This document shows positions 30,982 to 39,596 of a stretch of DNA of 64,000 nt, piece by piece (the first letter of the stretch is position 1; each line of letters starts with the position of its first letter). A program made the translations under genes and the position numbers. This DNA is from an uncultured Candidatus Binatia bacterium (GTDB lineage: Bacteria; Desulfobacterota; Binatia; Bin18), in NCBI GenBank assembly GCA_965203745.1, contig CBDBDK010000001.1, forward strand, positions 478,180 through 542,179, read 5' to 3'. Under the pieces are notes generated by a model. It saw only the letters and a program-made list of their open reading frames with translations. It was not told where the DNA came from and ran no database searches.

Positions 30982-32019
30982 ATGGATTTTGGGTTGCTGC
31001 TGCCTTTTCGGAATCCGAAACAATGGGAAGTGCCGTTTCCGCAGCTCTACCAGGAGCATATCGAGCAGGCGGTTCGGGCCGAGGAGTTGGGCTACGATCA
31101 TATCTGGACGACCGAGCACCATTTTGCGGACGACGCCTGGTCGCCCTCCCTGCTGCCAATCCTGTCCGCCACGGCCATGAAAACCAGCCGCATTCGGCTT
31201 GGGACCTATATTATCATCCTGCCCCTGCATAACCCGGTTCGGGTCGCGGAAGATGCCGCAACCGTTGACATTCTCTCCAACGGCCGGCTCGACCTGGGTC
31301 TCGGCCAGGGTTACTGGCTGAGCGAATTCGCCAGCTTTGGTATTCCGCGTAAAGAGCGTGCAGCGCGACTCGAAGAAGGAACCGAGATTATCCGGCGCTG
31401 CTTTACCGAGGACAGCTTCTCTTTTGAAGGGAAACACTACAATCTGCGCGAGGTGATCCTGGCTCCCAAGCCTGTCCAAAAACCCCACCCGCCAATCTGG
31501 ATAGCGGCGATGGCGGAAAAATCGGTCGCCCGGGCTGCGAGACTGGGCTATCACCTGGGCGGCAGCGGCGGAGTTGACTTGCAGCAAATGTATGATGCCG
31601 GACTCCAGCAGCATGGCCGTAACACGGACGATTATCATATTGCCCAACTGCGGGCGGTCTATGTGGCCGAGAGCCGGGAACAGGCCTGGGACGATGTGGA
31701 ACCGCATCTGCACTATATGATGAGTTCCTATGACCGGCGCTTTAAGGAGGCTGACGACCTGCCCTGGAGCGACTCGGTCATGTCCACCCCAACGGTGCCA
31801 CCGGTAGGTGAACTGCGCCACGTCAAGGACCTGTCCTTTTTCCAAGCGCCGCTCATCGTCGGTACTCCGGACGATGCCGTTCAGGAGATCGAGCGCTACA
31901 GCGCGGAAACACGCGTCACCCATCTGGTAATGTGGATGCAGATGGCGGGGCTCGATCCGAAAAAGTCACAGCGCTCAATGGAGCTGTTTGCCAAAGAAGT
32001 CATGCCGCATTTTCGGTAG
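30982..32019 (+). CDS. LLM-class flavin/F420-dependent oxidoreductase
   Basis: LGYDHIWTTEHHF...GRLDLGLGQGY. Confidence 0.8.
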   Translation: MDFGLLLPFRNPKQWEVPFPQLYQEHIEQAVRAEELGYDHIWTTEHHFADDAWSPSLLPILSATAMKTSRIRLGTYIIILPLHNPVRVAEDAATVDILSNGRLDLGLGQGYWLSEFASFGIPRKERAARLEEGTEIIRRCFTEDSFSFEGKHYNLREVILAPKPVQKPHPPIWIAAMAEKSVARAARLGYHLGGSGGVDLQQMYDAGLQQHGRNTDDYHIAQLRAVYVAESREQAWDDVEPHLHYMMSSYDRRFKEADDLPWSDSVMSTPTVPPVGELRHVKDLSFFQAPLIVGTPDDAVQEIERYSAETRVTHLVMWMQMAGLDPKKSQRSMELFAKEVMPHFR

Positions 32020-32034
32020 GAGGGAGTCCGTCTT

Positions 32035-33183
32035 ATGCCGTCCACCGCACCTATTGCTGGTATATGTGATCCGGCATTCAAGGCCGTCCGCGAGGCGCTT
32101 GAGCAAAACTTGACCGATGGTAAAGAAATTGGCGAGTGTGTGGCCGTTGTCGTGAATGGGAAGACGGTTGTTGATCTGTGGGGTGGGTATAAGGATCGGG
32201 CACGGACGCAGCCTTGGGAGCGCGACACGCTCGTGTGCATGTTCTCGGTCGGAAAGCCGCTCTCCATCCTGCCGGTGTTGATCCTCGCCGATCAGGGTCG
32301 AATTGCCCTGGACCAGCCCGTCTCCCGTTATTGGCCAGAGTTTGGCCAAGCCGGTAAAGAGCACATTACTGTCAACCACGTGCTTTCTCATCAGGCAGCT
32401 ATTCCAGGTGCGTTCAAGGCCCGCAAAGGCGATGCCTACCATTGGGGAAACATGGTCCGGGCTATCGAGGAACAAGAACCGTTATGGGAGCCTGGCACGA
32501 ACGGCTGCTATCATACGGTTACCCTGGGCTATCTGACTGGCGAGTTGGTGCGGCGTGTCACCGGAAGGACCATCGGCCAGTTCTGGCGTGAAGAAATAGG
32601 TCTGCCGCTCAACATCGACTATCATTTTGGTCTGTCTGCGGCGGATCAACAGCGTTGCGCGGAAATCTACGAAGCTCCTCACGGGCCGTTCATGGACGCG
32701 ATCCGGGATACGAATACCCTCCTCGGTAAATGCTGGGTTCCCCTGCCGTTACAGGACCACGAAGAGGATTTTAACAGCGAGTTATATCGGGCCGCGGAGA
32801 TGCCGTCTTTTAACGGCCAAGGTGTCTCCCGGAGTGTTGCCCGGTTATTTTGCATCCTGGCCTGCGGTGGTGAACTTGAGGGGACGCGTCTGCTGAGTCA
32901 GGCTCTGGTTGAGCATGCCATGACCGAGGCGTGGTATCAGACCGACGCGCTTGGGCTGACATGTCGGATGTCGAACGGCGGCTTTATGCTGCGCAACCCC
33001 GAGTTGACCTCGTATAATCACAATCCCAGATCGTTTGGGCATCTGGGTCTGGGCGGTGCCATCGCTTTTGGCGACCCGGACGCCAAACTGGGCTTTAGCT
33101 TTTGTGGCAATCGCATGGCGCCAATAGGCGATCTTGGGCCGTATGCGAGCCGGTTGCTCCAGGCGACAGCAGCCGCGCTGTAG
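32035..33183 (+). CDS. Serine hydrolase (beta-lactamase / esterase class C-like)
   Basis: SVGK (SxxK) active-site motif near residue 70; 382 aa. Confidence 0.7.
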   Translation: MPSTAPIAGICDPAFKAVREALEQNLTDGKEIGECVAVVVNGKTVVDLWGGYKDRARTQPWERDTLVCMFSVGKPLSILPVLILADQGRIALDQPVSRYWPEFGQAGKEHITVNHVLSHQAAIPGAFKARKGDAYHWGNMVRAIEEQEPLWEPGTNGCYHTVTLGYLTGELVRRVTGRTIGQFWREEIGLPLNIDYHFGLSAADQQRCAEIYEAPHGPFMDAIRDTNTLLGKCWVPLPLQDHEEDFNSELYRAAEMPSFNGQGVSRSVARLFCILACGGELEGTRLLSQALVEHAMTEAWYQTDALGLTCRMSNGGFMLRNPELTSYNHNPRSFGHLGLGGAIAFGDPDAKLGFSFCGNRMAPIGDLGPYASRLLQATAAAL

Positions 33184-33292
33184 GGCCGAAATCCGTCTGT
33201 CCAGTATCGGCACCATTTTCGGTAAGCGGGTGAAGTAGGAGAATGGGTAGGTATCAAAGCCATCTCTTGGTATGCTGTAGGTGGAGGGTCCG

Positions 33293-33907
33293 ATGACGAA
33301 TGTCCCCACATATGGGCAGAGTCCACCGCTGGTGCTGCATACGCGACCGGCTATCGACATGAGCCCTGAGCAATTCCATGAGTTCTGTTTGCTTAACCGC
33401 GAGTGGCGCATTGAGCGAACCGCCGAGGGAGACCTGCGGATTATGACACCAGCCGGAGGAGGAACGGGCAGTCGGAATGCGCTCATCACATCCATGCTCA
33501 CGACCTGGGCCTTACAAGACGGAACAGGCGTCGCCTTTGACTCTTCCACCGGATTTACCTTGCCGAACGGGGCCACCCGTTCCCCTGATGCCGCCTGGGT
33601 GCAACGCGCCCGCCTGACGGGATTGACTGCCGACCAAAAGGAGAAATTCCTGCCCCTCTGCCCCGACTTTGTGTTGGAATTACGTTCTCCAGCCGATGAC
33701 CTCGGGAGCGGGCAGGGGAAGATGCGGGAATACCTGGACAATGGCGCACAGTTAGGTTGGCTGATTGATCCAGCCACGCGCCAAGTCTACGTCTACCGTC
33801 CGTCTGCCACAGTTGGGTGTGTGGACGATCCGTCCCGTATGTCAGGAGACCCCGAACTTCCCGGCTTTGTGCTGGAACTGACGCCTATTTGGGAACCGCT
33901 GTTTTGA
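33293..33907 (+). CDS. Uma2-family (DUF820) endonuclease
   Basis: MSPEQFHEF...EWRIERTAEGDL...FDSSTGFTLPNG...PDFVLELRSP pattern. Confidence 0.65.
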   Translation: MTNVPTYGQSPPLVLHTRPAIDMSPEQFHEFCLLNREWRIERTAEGDLRIMTPAGGGTGSRNALITSMLTTWALQDGTGVAFDSSTGFTLPNGATRSPDAAWVQRARLTGLTADQKEKFLPLCPDFVLELRSPADDLGSGQGKMREYLDNGAQLGWLIDPATRQVYVYRPSATVGCVDDPSRMSGDPELPGFVLELTPIWEPLF

Positions 33908-33967
33908 CCCTCTACGACAATACCCAGAATTAACCGAGGCCATAAAGATTGTCCCCTTCTCATCAAA

Positions 33968-34396
33968 TTGAAAAGATGGCATGTAGTGAAAGTTATCAGC
34001 CGTAAGGCGCTTCCGGTTAAGATTCGGACAGAAGCGGAGTACGACCGGATGAACGCAATTATCCGTGAACTTGTTGACCGGGACGACGATGGCCTTTCGC
34101 CTGAAGAAGAACGGCTTTTAGACCTCCTCAGTGACCTGATTCAGCAGTATGATGAGGAATACTATCCGGTCAAAGAGCCGACACCACACGAGATGCTCCG
34201 TTCCCTCATGGATGATAACGGCCTCCGCCTTCAGGACATCTGGCAGATATTCGGCTCCCAGGGTGTAGCCTCAGAGGTGCTCAATGAGAAGCGAACTATC
34301 AGCAGGATACAGGCGAGGAAGCTTGGGGACTTTTTTAAGATTGATCCTCAGGTCTTCCTTGAGAAGGGGGGTATGAAGGACCCTCCCCGGTCATGA
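33968..34396 (+). CDS. HigA-like XRE-family HTH antitoxin-type regulator (orphan)
   Basis: C-terminal HTH TISRIQARKLGDFFKIDPQVFL is typical of HigA/COG5499-type antitoxins. No recognisable toxin is adjacent. Confidence 0.45.
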   Translation: MKRWHVVKVISRKALPVKIRTEAEYDRMNAIIRELVDRDDDGLSPEEERLLDLLSDLIQQYDEEYYPVKEPTPHEMLRSLMDDNGLRLQDIWQIFGSQGVASEVLNEKRTISRIQARKLGDFFKIDPQVFLEKGGMKDPPRS

Positions 34397-34617
34397 CATG
34401 GGATGTTCGCCACCGCCTACGCAGACATGCCTGCCCTCGATTCAGCTTTCCGCATTGGGACCAGCAAAATAGAATCCTTGATGTGGAAGGGGCCTATGTC
34501 TTGATAGGGCCCCACGCAGAGCAGCGCGGCTCCAATGCCTCATTTATCGTCGCCCGGAACGGGGCTCTGAAACGCTATTCTCGCAACCCGCGCGTTGCGC
34601 TCGGGGAGACCTCGTAG
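34393..34617 (+). CDS. Hypothetical 74-aa ORF coupled (ATGA overlap) to the HigA-like gene
   Basis: Start overlaps the upstream stop. No recognisable motif; it may not be real. Confidence 0.15.
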   Translation: MTWDVRHRLRRHACPRFSFPHWDQQNRILDVEGAYVLIGPHAEQRGSNASFIVARNGALKRYSRNPRVALGETS

Positions 34618-34641
34618 ACGCTCAGCATCTCGTTCATCCGC

Positions 34642-36042
34642 CTATAACTCCGGGTGCTGTTTGTGCCACTCGGTGGCCTGTTCATACGCATAGCCAACCT
34701 GACAGATGGTCTGCTCGTCAAACGGCTTGCCGGCAATCTGGAGACCGACGGGCAAACCGTCCGTGTCAAAACCGCATGGCACCTGAAGGGCCGGCAGGCC
34801 GGTGAAATTGAAAATCGGGGTGTAGACGCTGAAGTCCGTAGAAACGATGCTCAGGCCGGGCGAGTCTTCGGCAATTCGGTTGACCTGAAAGCCGGCGGTG
34901 GGCAGCATCAGGACATCGACGCTGGTGTCGAGGGCGTTGAGGAGGTCGTCCCGCACCTGGGCACGCACCTGGGCGCCCATCAGGTATTGCGCCCCGCTGA
35001 CCAGAAGACCGTAGGCCACAAAGAGTTTGGCGTGGGGATTATACTGCTCTCCGCAGTTGCGCACATTGTCCACGTGGATGGCAGCGCACTCGGCAAATAA
35101 TCCCGGCCACTCAATAGCCTGGAGTTGGGCCAGCGTAATGGAAGGGACATCAACGATTTCCGCTCCGAGACGCTCGAACTGCTTGACCGCTTCGTTATAA
35201 GGTCCGAGCAGTTTGGGGTCGCAGTTGTCCTCATAAATGGAACGCAGCAGCCCGATTCGCATGCCTGTAAGGTCCTGACCGAGCTTCTGGGTAAAGTCCG
35301 GCACAGGCGTGTTTGCCGAGGCCGGGTCCAGGGGATCATAGCCGGCACAGCCTTGCAGCATGAGGGCCGCATCGGTCACGGTTCGGGCCAGCGGGCCGGT
35401 ATGGTCAAGGCTCCACGAGAGCGGATACACGCCCGCTCGACTGACACGCCCGTAGGTTGCTTTGAGTCCGACAATGCCGCAGCACTGGGCCGGCCAGCGG
35501 ATGGAGCCGCCCGTACACGATCCCATGCCGGCATAGGCCATCCCCGCGGCGGTAGACGCCGCGGTGCCGCTGCTCGACCCGCCGGCGTCGTGGGCCAGGT
35601 TCCAGGGATTATGGGTGGGCTGGTAATAGGACTGTTTGGTGGGAAAACCATAGGCAAACTCATAGGTCGCGGTCTTGCCCAGGACCAGCGCGCCGGCTTC
35701 CTTGAGTTTGGCCACCGAGGTGCAGTCCTTCTCGGCCACATAATGCTCCAGCGATTGGGAGCCGCAAGTGGTTGGCCCGCATTCATAGATGTCTTTGATG
35801 CCGATGGGGACGCCGTGCAGGGGGCCGTGATAGGTCCCGCGCTGAATCTCGGCCTCAGCTGCGCGAGCCGCTTCCATCACCTCGTCTCTGAAAACCGTAT
35901 TAAAGGCATGGAGTTGAGGTTCGAGCTGTTCCACTCGATCCAGCATGGCCTGGGTGACCTCGACCGGAGAGACATCTCTCCGTTGAATGTTCCCGGCCAA
36001 TTCCTCAATCGACATATAGGCGAGTTCTTGGGCAGCCGTCAT
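34642..36042 (-). CDS. Amidase-signature family enzyme (GatA-like amidase)
   Basis: GGSSSGTAASTAAGMAYAGMGSCTGGSIRWPA is the amidase signature (GGSS[GS]G). Confidence 0.85.
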   Translation of the reverse strand: MTAAQELAYMSIEELAGNIQRRDVSPVEVTQAMLDRVEQLEPQLHAFNTVFRDEVMEAARAAEAEIQRGTYHGPLHGVPIGIKDIYECGPTTCGSQSLEHYVAEKDCTSVAKLKEAGALVLGKTATYEFAYGFPTKQSYYQPTHNPWNLAHDAGGSSSGTAASTAAGMAYAGMGSCTGGSIRWPAQCCGIVGLKATYGRVSRAGVYPLSWSLDHTGPLARTVTDAALMLQGCAGYDPLDPASANTPVPDFTQKLGQDLTGMRIGLLRSIYEDNCDPKLLGPYNEAVKQFERLGAEIVDVPSITLAQLQAIEWPGLFAECAAIHVDNVRNCGEQYNPHAKLFVAYGLLVSGAQYLMGAQVRAQVRDDLLNALDTSVDVLMLPTAGFQVNRIAEDSPGLSIVSTDFSVYTPIFNFTGLPALQVPCGFDTDGLPVGLQIAGKPFDEQTICQVGYAYEQATEWHKQHPEL

Positions 36043-36260
36043 GATGCCCCCCCTTTCTTATCGAGCGCATGTACCAGCACGGGCTCGCTCTCCGGCATGC
36101 TCATGCCCTCAACGAGTTGGCGGGACTGCCGCATGTCCTCCACGACCCGCTGCCAGCGCAGGAGGTTTTCATACGGGACCAGCAACTTATCGAGTTCGGT
36201 ATCGGTCAGCTCAAGATTCCACTCGGCGAGTTTCGCTGCAATGAGGGCTTTTGCGTCCAT
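36039..36260 (-). CDS. GatC-like / AtzG-like small subunit (73 aa), translationally coupled to the amidase
   Basis: 4-nt overlap with the amidase start; small acidic helical protein. The pairing resembles AtzG-AtzE (GatC-like + GatA-like). Confidence 0.45.
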   Translation of the reverse strand: MDAKALIAAKLAEWNLELTDTELDKLLVPYENLLRWQRVVEDMRQSRQLVEGMSMPESEPVLVHALDKKGGAS

Positions 36261-36269
36261 ATCTTTCTC

Positions 36270-36554
36270 CTACTTCAGTTCCGTTTCCACAAAGACGAAC
36301 TCGTAGTCATTGGCGTTAATCACATCGTGTTCGACCCCAACATTCCGAAAATAGGGGACGCCCTGAGTCAACTCGGCTTCGTGGTCGCCGTCCGGGGCTT
36401 TCAGTAGTAACTTGCCCGTTGTCATGGGGACGACAACATAGTCGTACTCGTGCCGATGGTAGCCGGTGGCCGCACGGGGGGCGAAACGCCACTCCGTCAC
36501 GCGTACGCGCTCATTCTCGATGAGGACGGTTGAGCGGGCTTGCTCTTGCGACAT
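36270..36554 (-). CDS. Cupin-domain protein
   Basis: GYHRHEYDYVVV...GVEHDVIN are cupin motifs 1 and 2. Start at MSQEQ, with a GGAGG RBS. Confidence 0.65.
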   Translation of the reverse strand: MSQEQARSTVLIENERVRVTEWRFAPRAATGYHRHEYDYVVVPMTTGKLLLKAPDGDHEAELTQGVPYFRNVGVEHDVINANDYEFVFVETELK

Positions 36555-36740
36555 ACAACCCTCCTTCCCTGTTGCTGTGGAAAGAGCGTAGCGCAAGAAT
36601 TTTGAGATGCAACTCTTTTCGTTGTGACAGGCTGAGTGGCGAAAAAGGCGACCCGACGGTAGGCAGCCGGGCTGGATTGCAGCTTTTGGCCGGGAGCTAG
36701 AGTGTTTCACGATAGGTTCTCGCCGTACCATTGCGCTCTC

Positions 36741-36767
36741 GTCATGCCGGACGTGATCCGGCATGAC
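36741..36767. repeat. Perfect palindromic hairpin (11-bp stem, 5-nt loop: gtcatgccgga-cgtga-tccggcatgac). Possible terminator for the gene ending at 36843.
   Basis: Read directly. Lies in the intergenic region downstream of the minus-strand gene 36843..37556. No T-run follows it. Confidence 0.45.
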
Positions 36768-36842
36768 GAGACCGGGAGACTGGAGGGCTGGATTCCTGCT
36801 TTCGCAGGAATGACGGACGGCTACACAGAACCGTAATTTGCC

Positions 36843-37556
36843 CTAGGAACGATCAACAGCGACCCATTCACGCTGCATCCGGTCCGAGTGGAGGCCCATG
36901 CGTGGCTTTCGCTCGGGAATAATCTGATAACAGGCGGACTGAGCGGTCCCGAGTCCGCAGAGCGTCTCATAACCGGCTGACTGCTGCCACCGCTGGCAAT
37001 CCGTGGTGCTGCCCCAAGAGCTGAGCAGGACGTAATGCACGGGAGCTTGCTGCGGGACAATGCCGCCGAGTTGGGTAAAGACGTAGGGGGTATGGATGCG
37101 TTCGTTCTTGAGTGCCTCATAGGGCAGGATACCAAAGCTCGCGATGTCCGAGAGTGCGCCGATGACCTGATCGGACTCCGTGTCTGAAAGCGGAGTATCC
37201 CGGAGTAGCATGGTTTCGTTCAAGATAATGCCAGTCGCCGTTTCGTTGTCCGCCAGTATTCGGCCCTTACGGATATAATAGGCAGTCCACCATTTTTCTC
37301 GGGCTTCATCCTGAACCTGCACATGTGCACGGTCGCGCTGCCAGTCTTCCATGGCTTCAAGCGTGTCAAACTTGGCAAAGAAGAGCCACCAGGAAGTGCC
37401 CGCAATCGGCCCGCCATAGGTTTCCCGAAAGCCCGCCTGTGCCACGGCGTGGGGCATGAACTGTTCATGGCGTTTGATGTAGGCGTCCAGGAGTTCCGGG
37501 CGTGGACGAAAGCCGCCTTCGGCAATATGCAGGGTAGAGGGACAATCTTCAGCCAT
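36843..37556 (-). CDS. Hypothetical protein (237 aa)
   Basis: Long ORF, co-directional with its neighbours, with coding-like composition. No motif recognised. Confidence 0.45.
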   Translation of the reverse strand: MAEDCPSTLHIAEGGFRPRPELLDAYIKRHEQFMPHAVAQAGFRETYGGPIAGTSWWLFFAKFDTLEAMEDWQRDRAHVQVQDEAREKWWTAYYIRKGRILADNETATGIILNETMLLRDTPLSDTESDQVIGALSDIASFGILPYEALKNERIHTPYVFTQLGGIVPQQAPVHYVLLSSWGSTTDCQRWQQSAGYETLCGLGTAQSACYQIIPERKPRMGLHSDRMQREWVAVDRS

Positions 37557-37702
37557 GGCGTCCTCCCTTTTTCAGCACCAGAAGTGCTGGGGCGAGTGTA
37601 CTCAGCCGCGATTTGATAGGCAAGCTTGCGAGTGGGATGGTCGACGAAGCTGAAACCCTATAAGAGACCATTTGCAATTCAATTTTACAGAAGGAGAAGG
37701 GC

Positions 37703-39094
37703 GTGAAAGTGGTCATTATCTGGCTGGGAATGGTTGGCCTCTTGGCAGTTTCTCATATTTCTTGGGCGGCCGTCCTGGAAAGCCCGAACCAGGGAGTGAA
37801 CCTGTCAGGTGTTGGTTTTATCTCCGGGTGGAAATGTGATGGAACCAACATCACCGTTACCATTAATGGAGGAGAGCCTCTTCCCGTCGCCATGAACCAG
37901 GAACGAGCGGATCTTATTGAAGTCTGCAAAGGAACTATCCATCACGGGTTTATTATGCAGATCAATTGGGCCAGGCTGGGGGATGGGGAGCACGAAGTGA
38001 TTGCTTATGATGAGGGGGTGGAGTTTGGCCGTGCGGAGTTTGCTGTGGGGACATTGGGTGAGGAATTTCCAAAACATTTAGAACGACGAATCACAGTTGA
38101 TGGATTTCCTTCCCTGAATGAGAAGACAGTGCTTGAGTGGAATGAGAGCACCCAACATTTTGAAGTTGTTACTTTAGAGCCAAGCAGTTTAGCAAATGAA
38201 TATGACGAAGACTTTTGGAACGATTTTAATAGAACTTACTTAGCAGGAGCCCTTTGGAACACAGGGCGTTTATACGCTGAGATTCCGAATGTGAGTAACT
38301 GCCAAGCCGGACAATTAACAGAAGCAGCTAAAAACCGGGCACTGGAGGTAGCCAATCAAATTCGAGCCTTACATGGTTTATCCCCCCTCAGGTATGTCGC
38401 TTTCTATGACAGTCAAATGCAAAAAGCCAGCCTCATTCAAGAAGCAAATAATTATGGGGACCACAATCCCCCTCCCAGTCTTAAATGCTATACCGAAGAA
38501 GGAAGGGAAGGTAGCGCAACAAGTAACATTTCTCTTAGCTCTGCCAACCTTGATCCAGGGGCTCATATCATGCATCTGACGAATGACGCTAATCCCGCAA
38601 ACCTACCCTCTGCTGTAGGGCACCGCCGTTGGATACTCAACCCTTTCACCACCAGCTTTAGTTATGGTCAAGTGGGAAAGTACGCCACACAGAAAGTCAT
38701 TGGCTTCTTACAAGAATATGCCCTTACCCCAAAAATCAATATTAATTTTGTCGCTTTTCCTTATGAAACTTATCCTTCCAATCTCCTTAGGGAGGATCCT
38801 CCATGGAGCTTCAGTATAATCGTAGATAAGAAAAACCTGCAGAACAATCAAGGTGACTTTTTCCGAAATGCAAGCATCACTGTCACACGTGTTTCTGACG
38901 AAGCACAGTTGCCAATTTACAACCGATATACAGACACTGTTGGATATGGATTACCCAACTTTATCAGTTGGCAGGTTGAGGGATGGGAATACGATACTTT
39001 ATACGAAGTGGACATTAAAAATGTCGTACTTAGTGATGGAACCACCAAAGATTATTCCTATTCGGTTTTCATTAAAAAAGAGCACATTGATTAA
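37703..39094 (+). CDS. Secreted protein with CAP/SCP (PR-1-like) domain; low G+C
   Basis: Signal peptide MKVVIIWLGMVGLLAVSHISWA. EVANQIRALHGLSPL and GHRRWILNPFTTSFSYGQVG resemble the CAP HNxxR and GHYTQVVW motifs. Codon usage is A/T-rich, unlike neighbouring genes. Confidence 0.5.
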   Translation: MKVVIIWLGMVGLLAVSHISWAAVLESPNQGVNLSGVGFISGWKCDGTNITVTINGGEPLPVAMNQERADLIEVCKGTIHHGFIMQINWARLGDGEHEVIAYDEGVEFGRAEFAVGTLGEEFPKHLERRITVDGFPSLNEKTVLEWNESTQHFEVVTLEPSSLANEYDEDFWNDFNRTYLAGALWNTGRLYAEIPNVSNCQAGQLTEAAKNRALEVANQIRALHGLSPLRYVAFYDSQMQKASLIQEANNYGDHNPPPSLKCYTEEGREGSATSNISLSSANLDPGAHIMHLTNDANPANLPSAVGHRRWILNPFTTSFSYGQVGKYATQKVIGFLQEYALTPKININFVAFPYETYPSNLLREDPPWSFSIIVDKKNLQNNQGDFFRNASITVTRVSDEAQLPIYNRYTDTVGYGLPNFISWQVEGWEYDTLYEVDIKNVVLSDGTTKDYSYSVFIKKEHID

Positions 39095-39299
39095 AAAGAG
39101 CACAGTTCTCCGAATGCCGCGTCATGTAACGCAAGTTGATTGGCACTGGGATAGAGAACGGCCTCCCTCACCACGATTCCGTCGAGATCGACTCCACGGT
39201 TCATAGTTTGTTCGGATGCACTCAGTTTCGACTTGATGGGCAAGTTTGAGAGTCGGAATATCTCATCCCCTCTTGAAACGTGTGCTGCATATTGTCGCG

Positions 39300-39596
39300 T
39301 TAGCCCCTCCTCGGGGGGCGCCGGCCCCCTCACCCTAGCCCTCTCCCGCTGGGCTCACGGCCCGACAGTTTGACGGAAGCGAGGGCCGGGGGCCGTCCCA
39401 TCCCCTCTTGGGAGGGGTGGCCGAAGGCCGGGGTGGGTTTCTCCGGGCCCATCGGCGTTCCCGAACCCACCCCGCCGCTACGCGGCACCCCTCCAAGGAG
39501 GGGATTTGCTGCGTCCTTCCCCCCCCCCCGGATTCCCGGTCTCGGTGAAACTGTCGTGTACTCAGCCCTCCAAGGGAGAGGGAATGAAAACTGTAG
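39300..39596. repeat. G+C-rich cluster of short hairpins (CCCCTC-ttgg-GAGGGG at 39402-39417; ggggtgggtt...aacccacccc at 39430-39473; CCCCTC-caag-GAGGGG at 39488-39503) plus an 11-nt poly-C tract at 39519-39529
   Basis: Read directly. Non-coding (both track ORFs here are G+C artefacts). Abuts the left end of the IS. Confidence 0.4.

Noticed and set aside
33968-34396. Calling 33968-34396 a complete HigBA toxin-antitoxin locus
   Set aside because: No RelE/HigB-like ORF of plausible size and motif exists upstream. The upstream neighbour is a Uma2 endonuclease 60 nt away.
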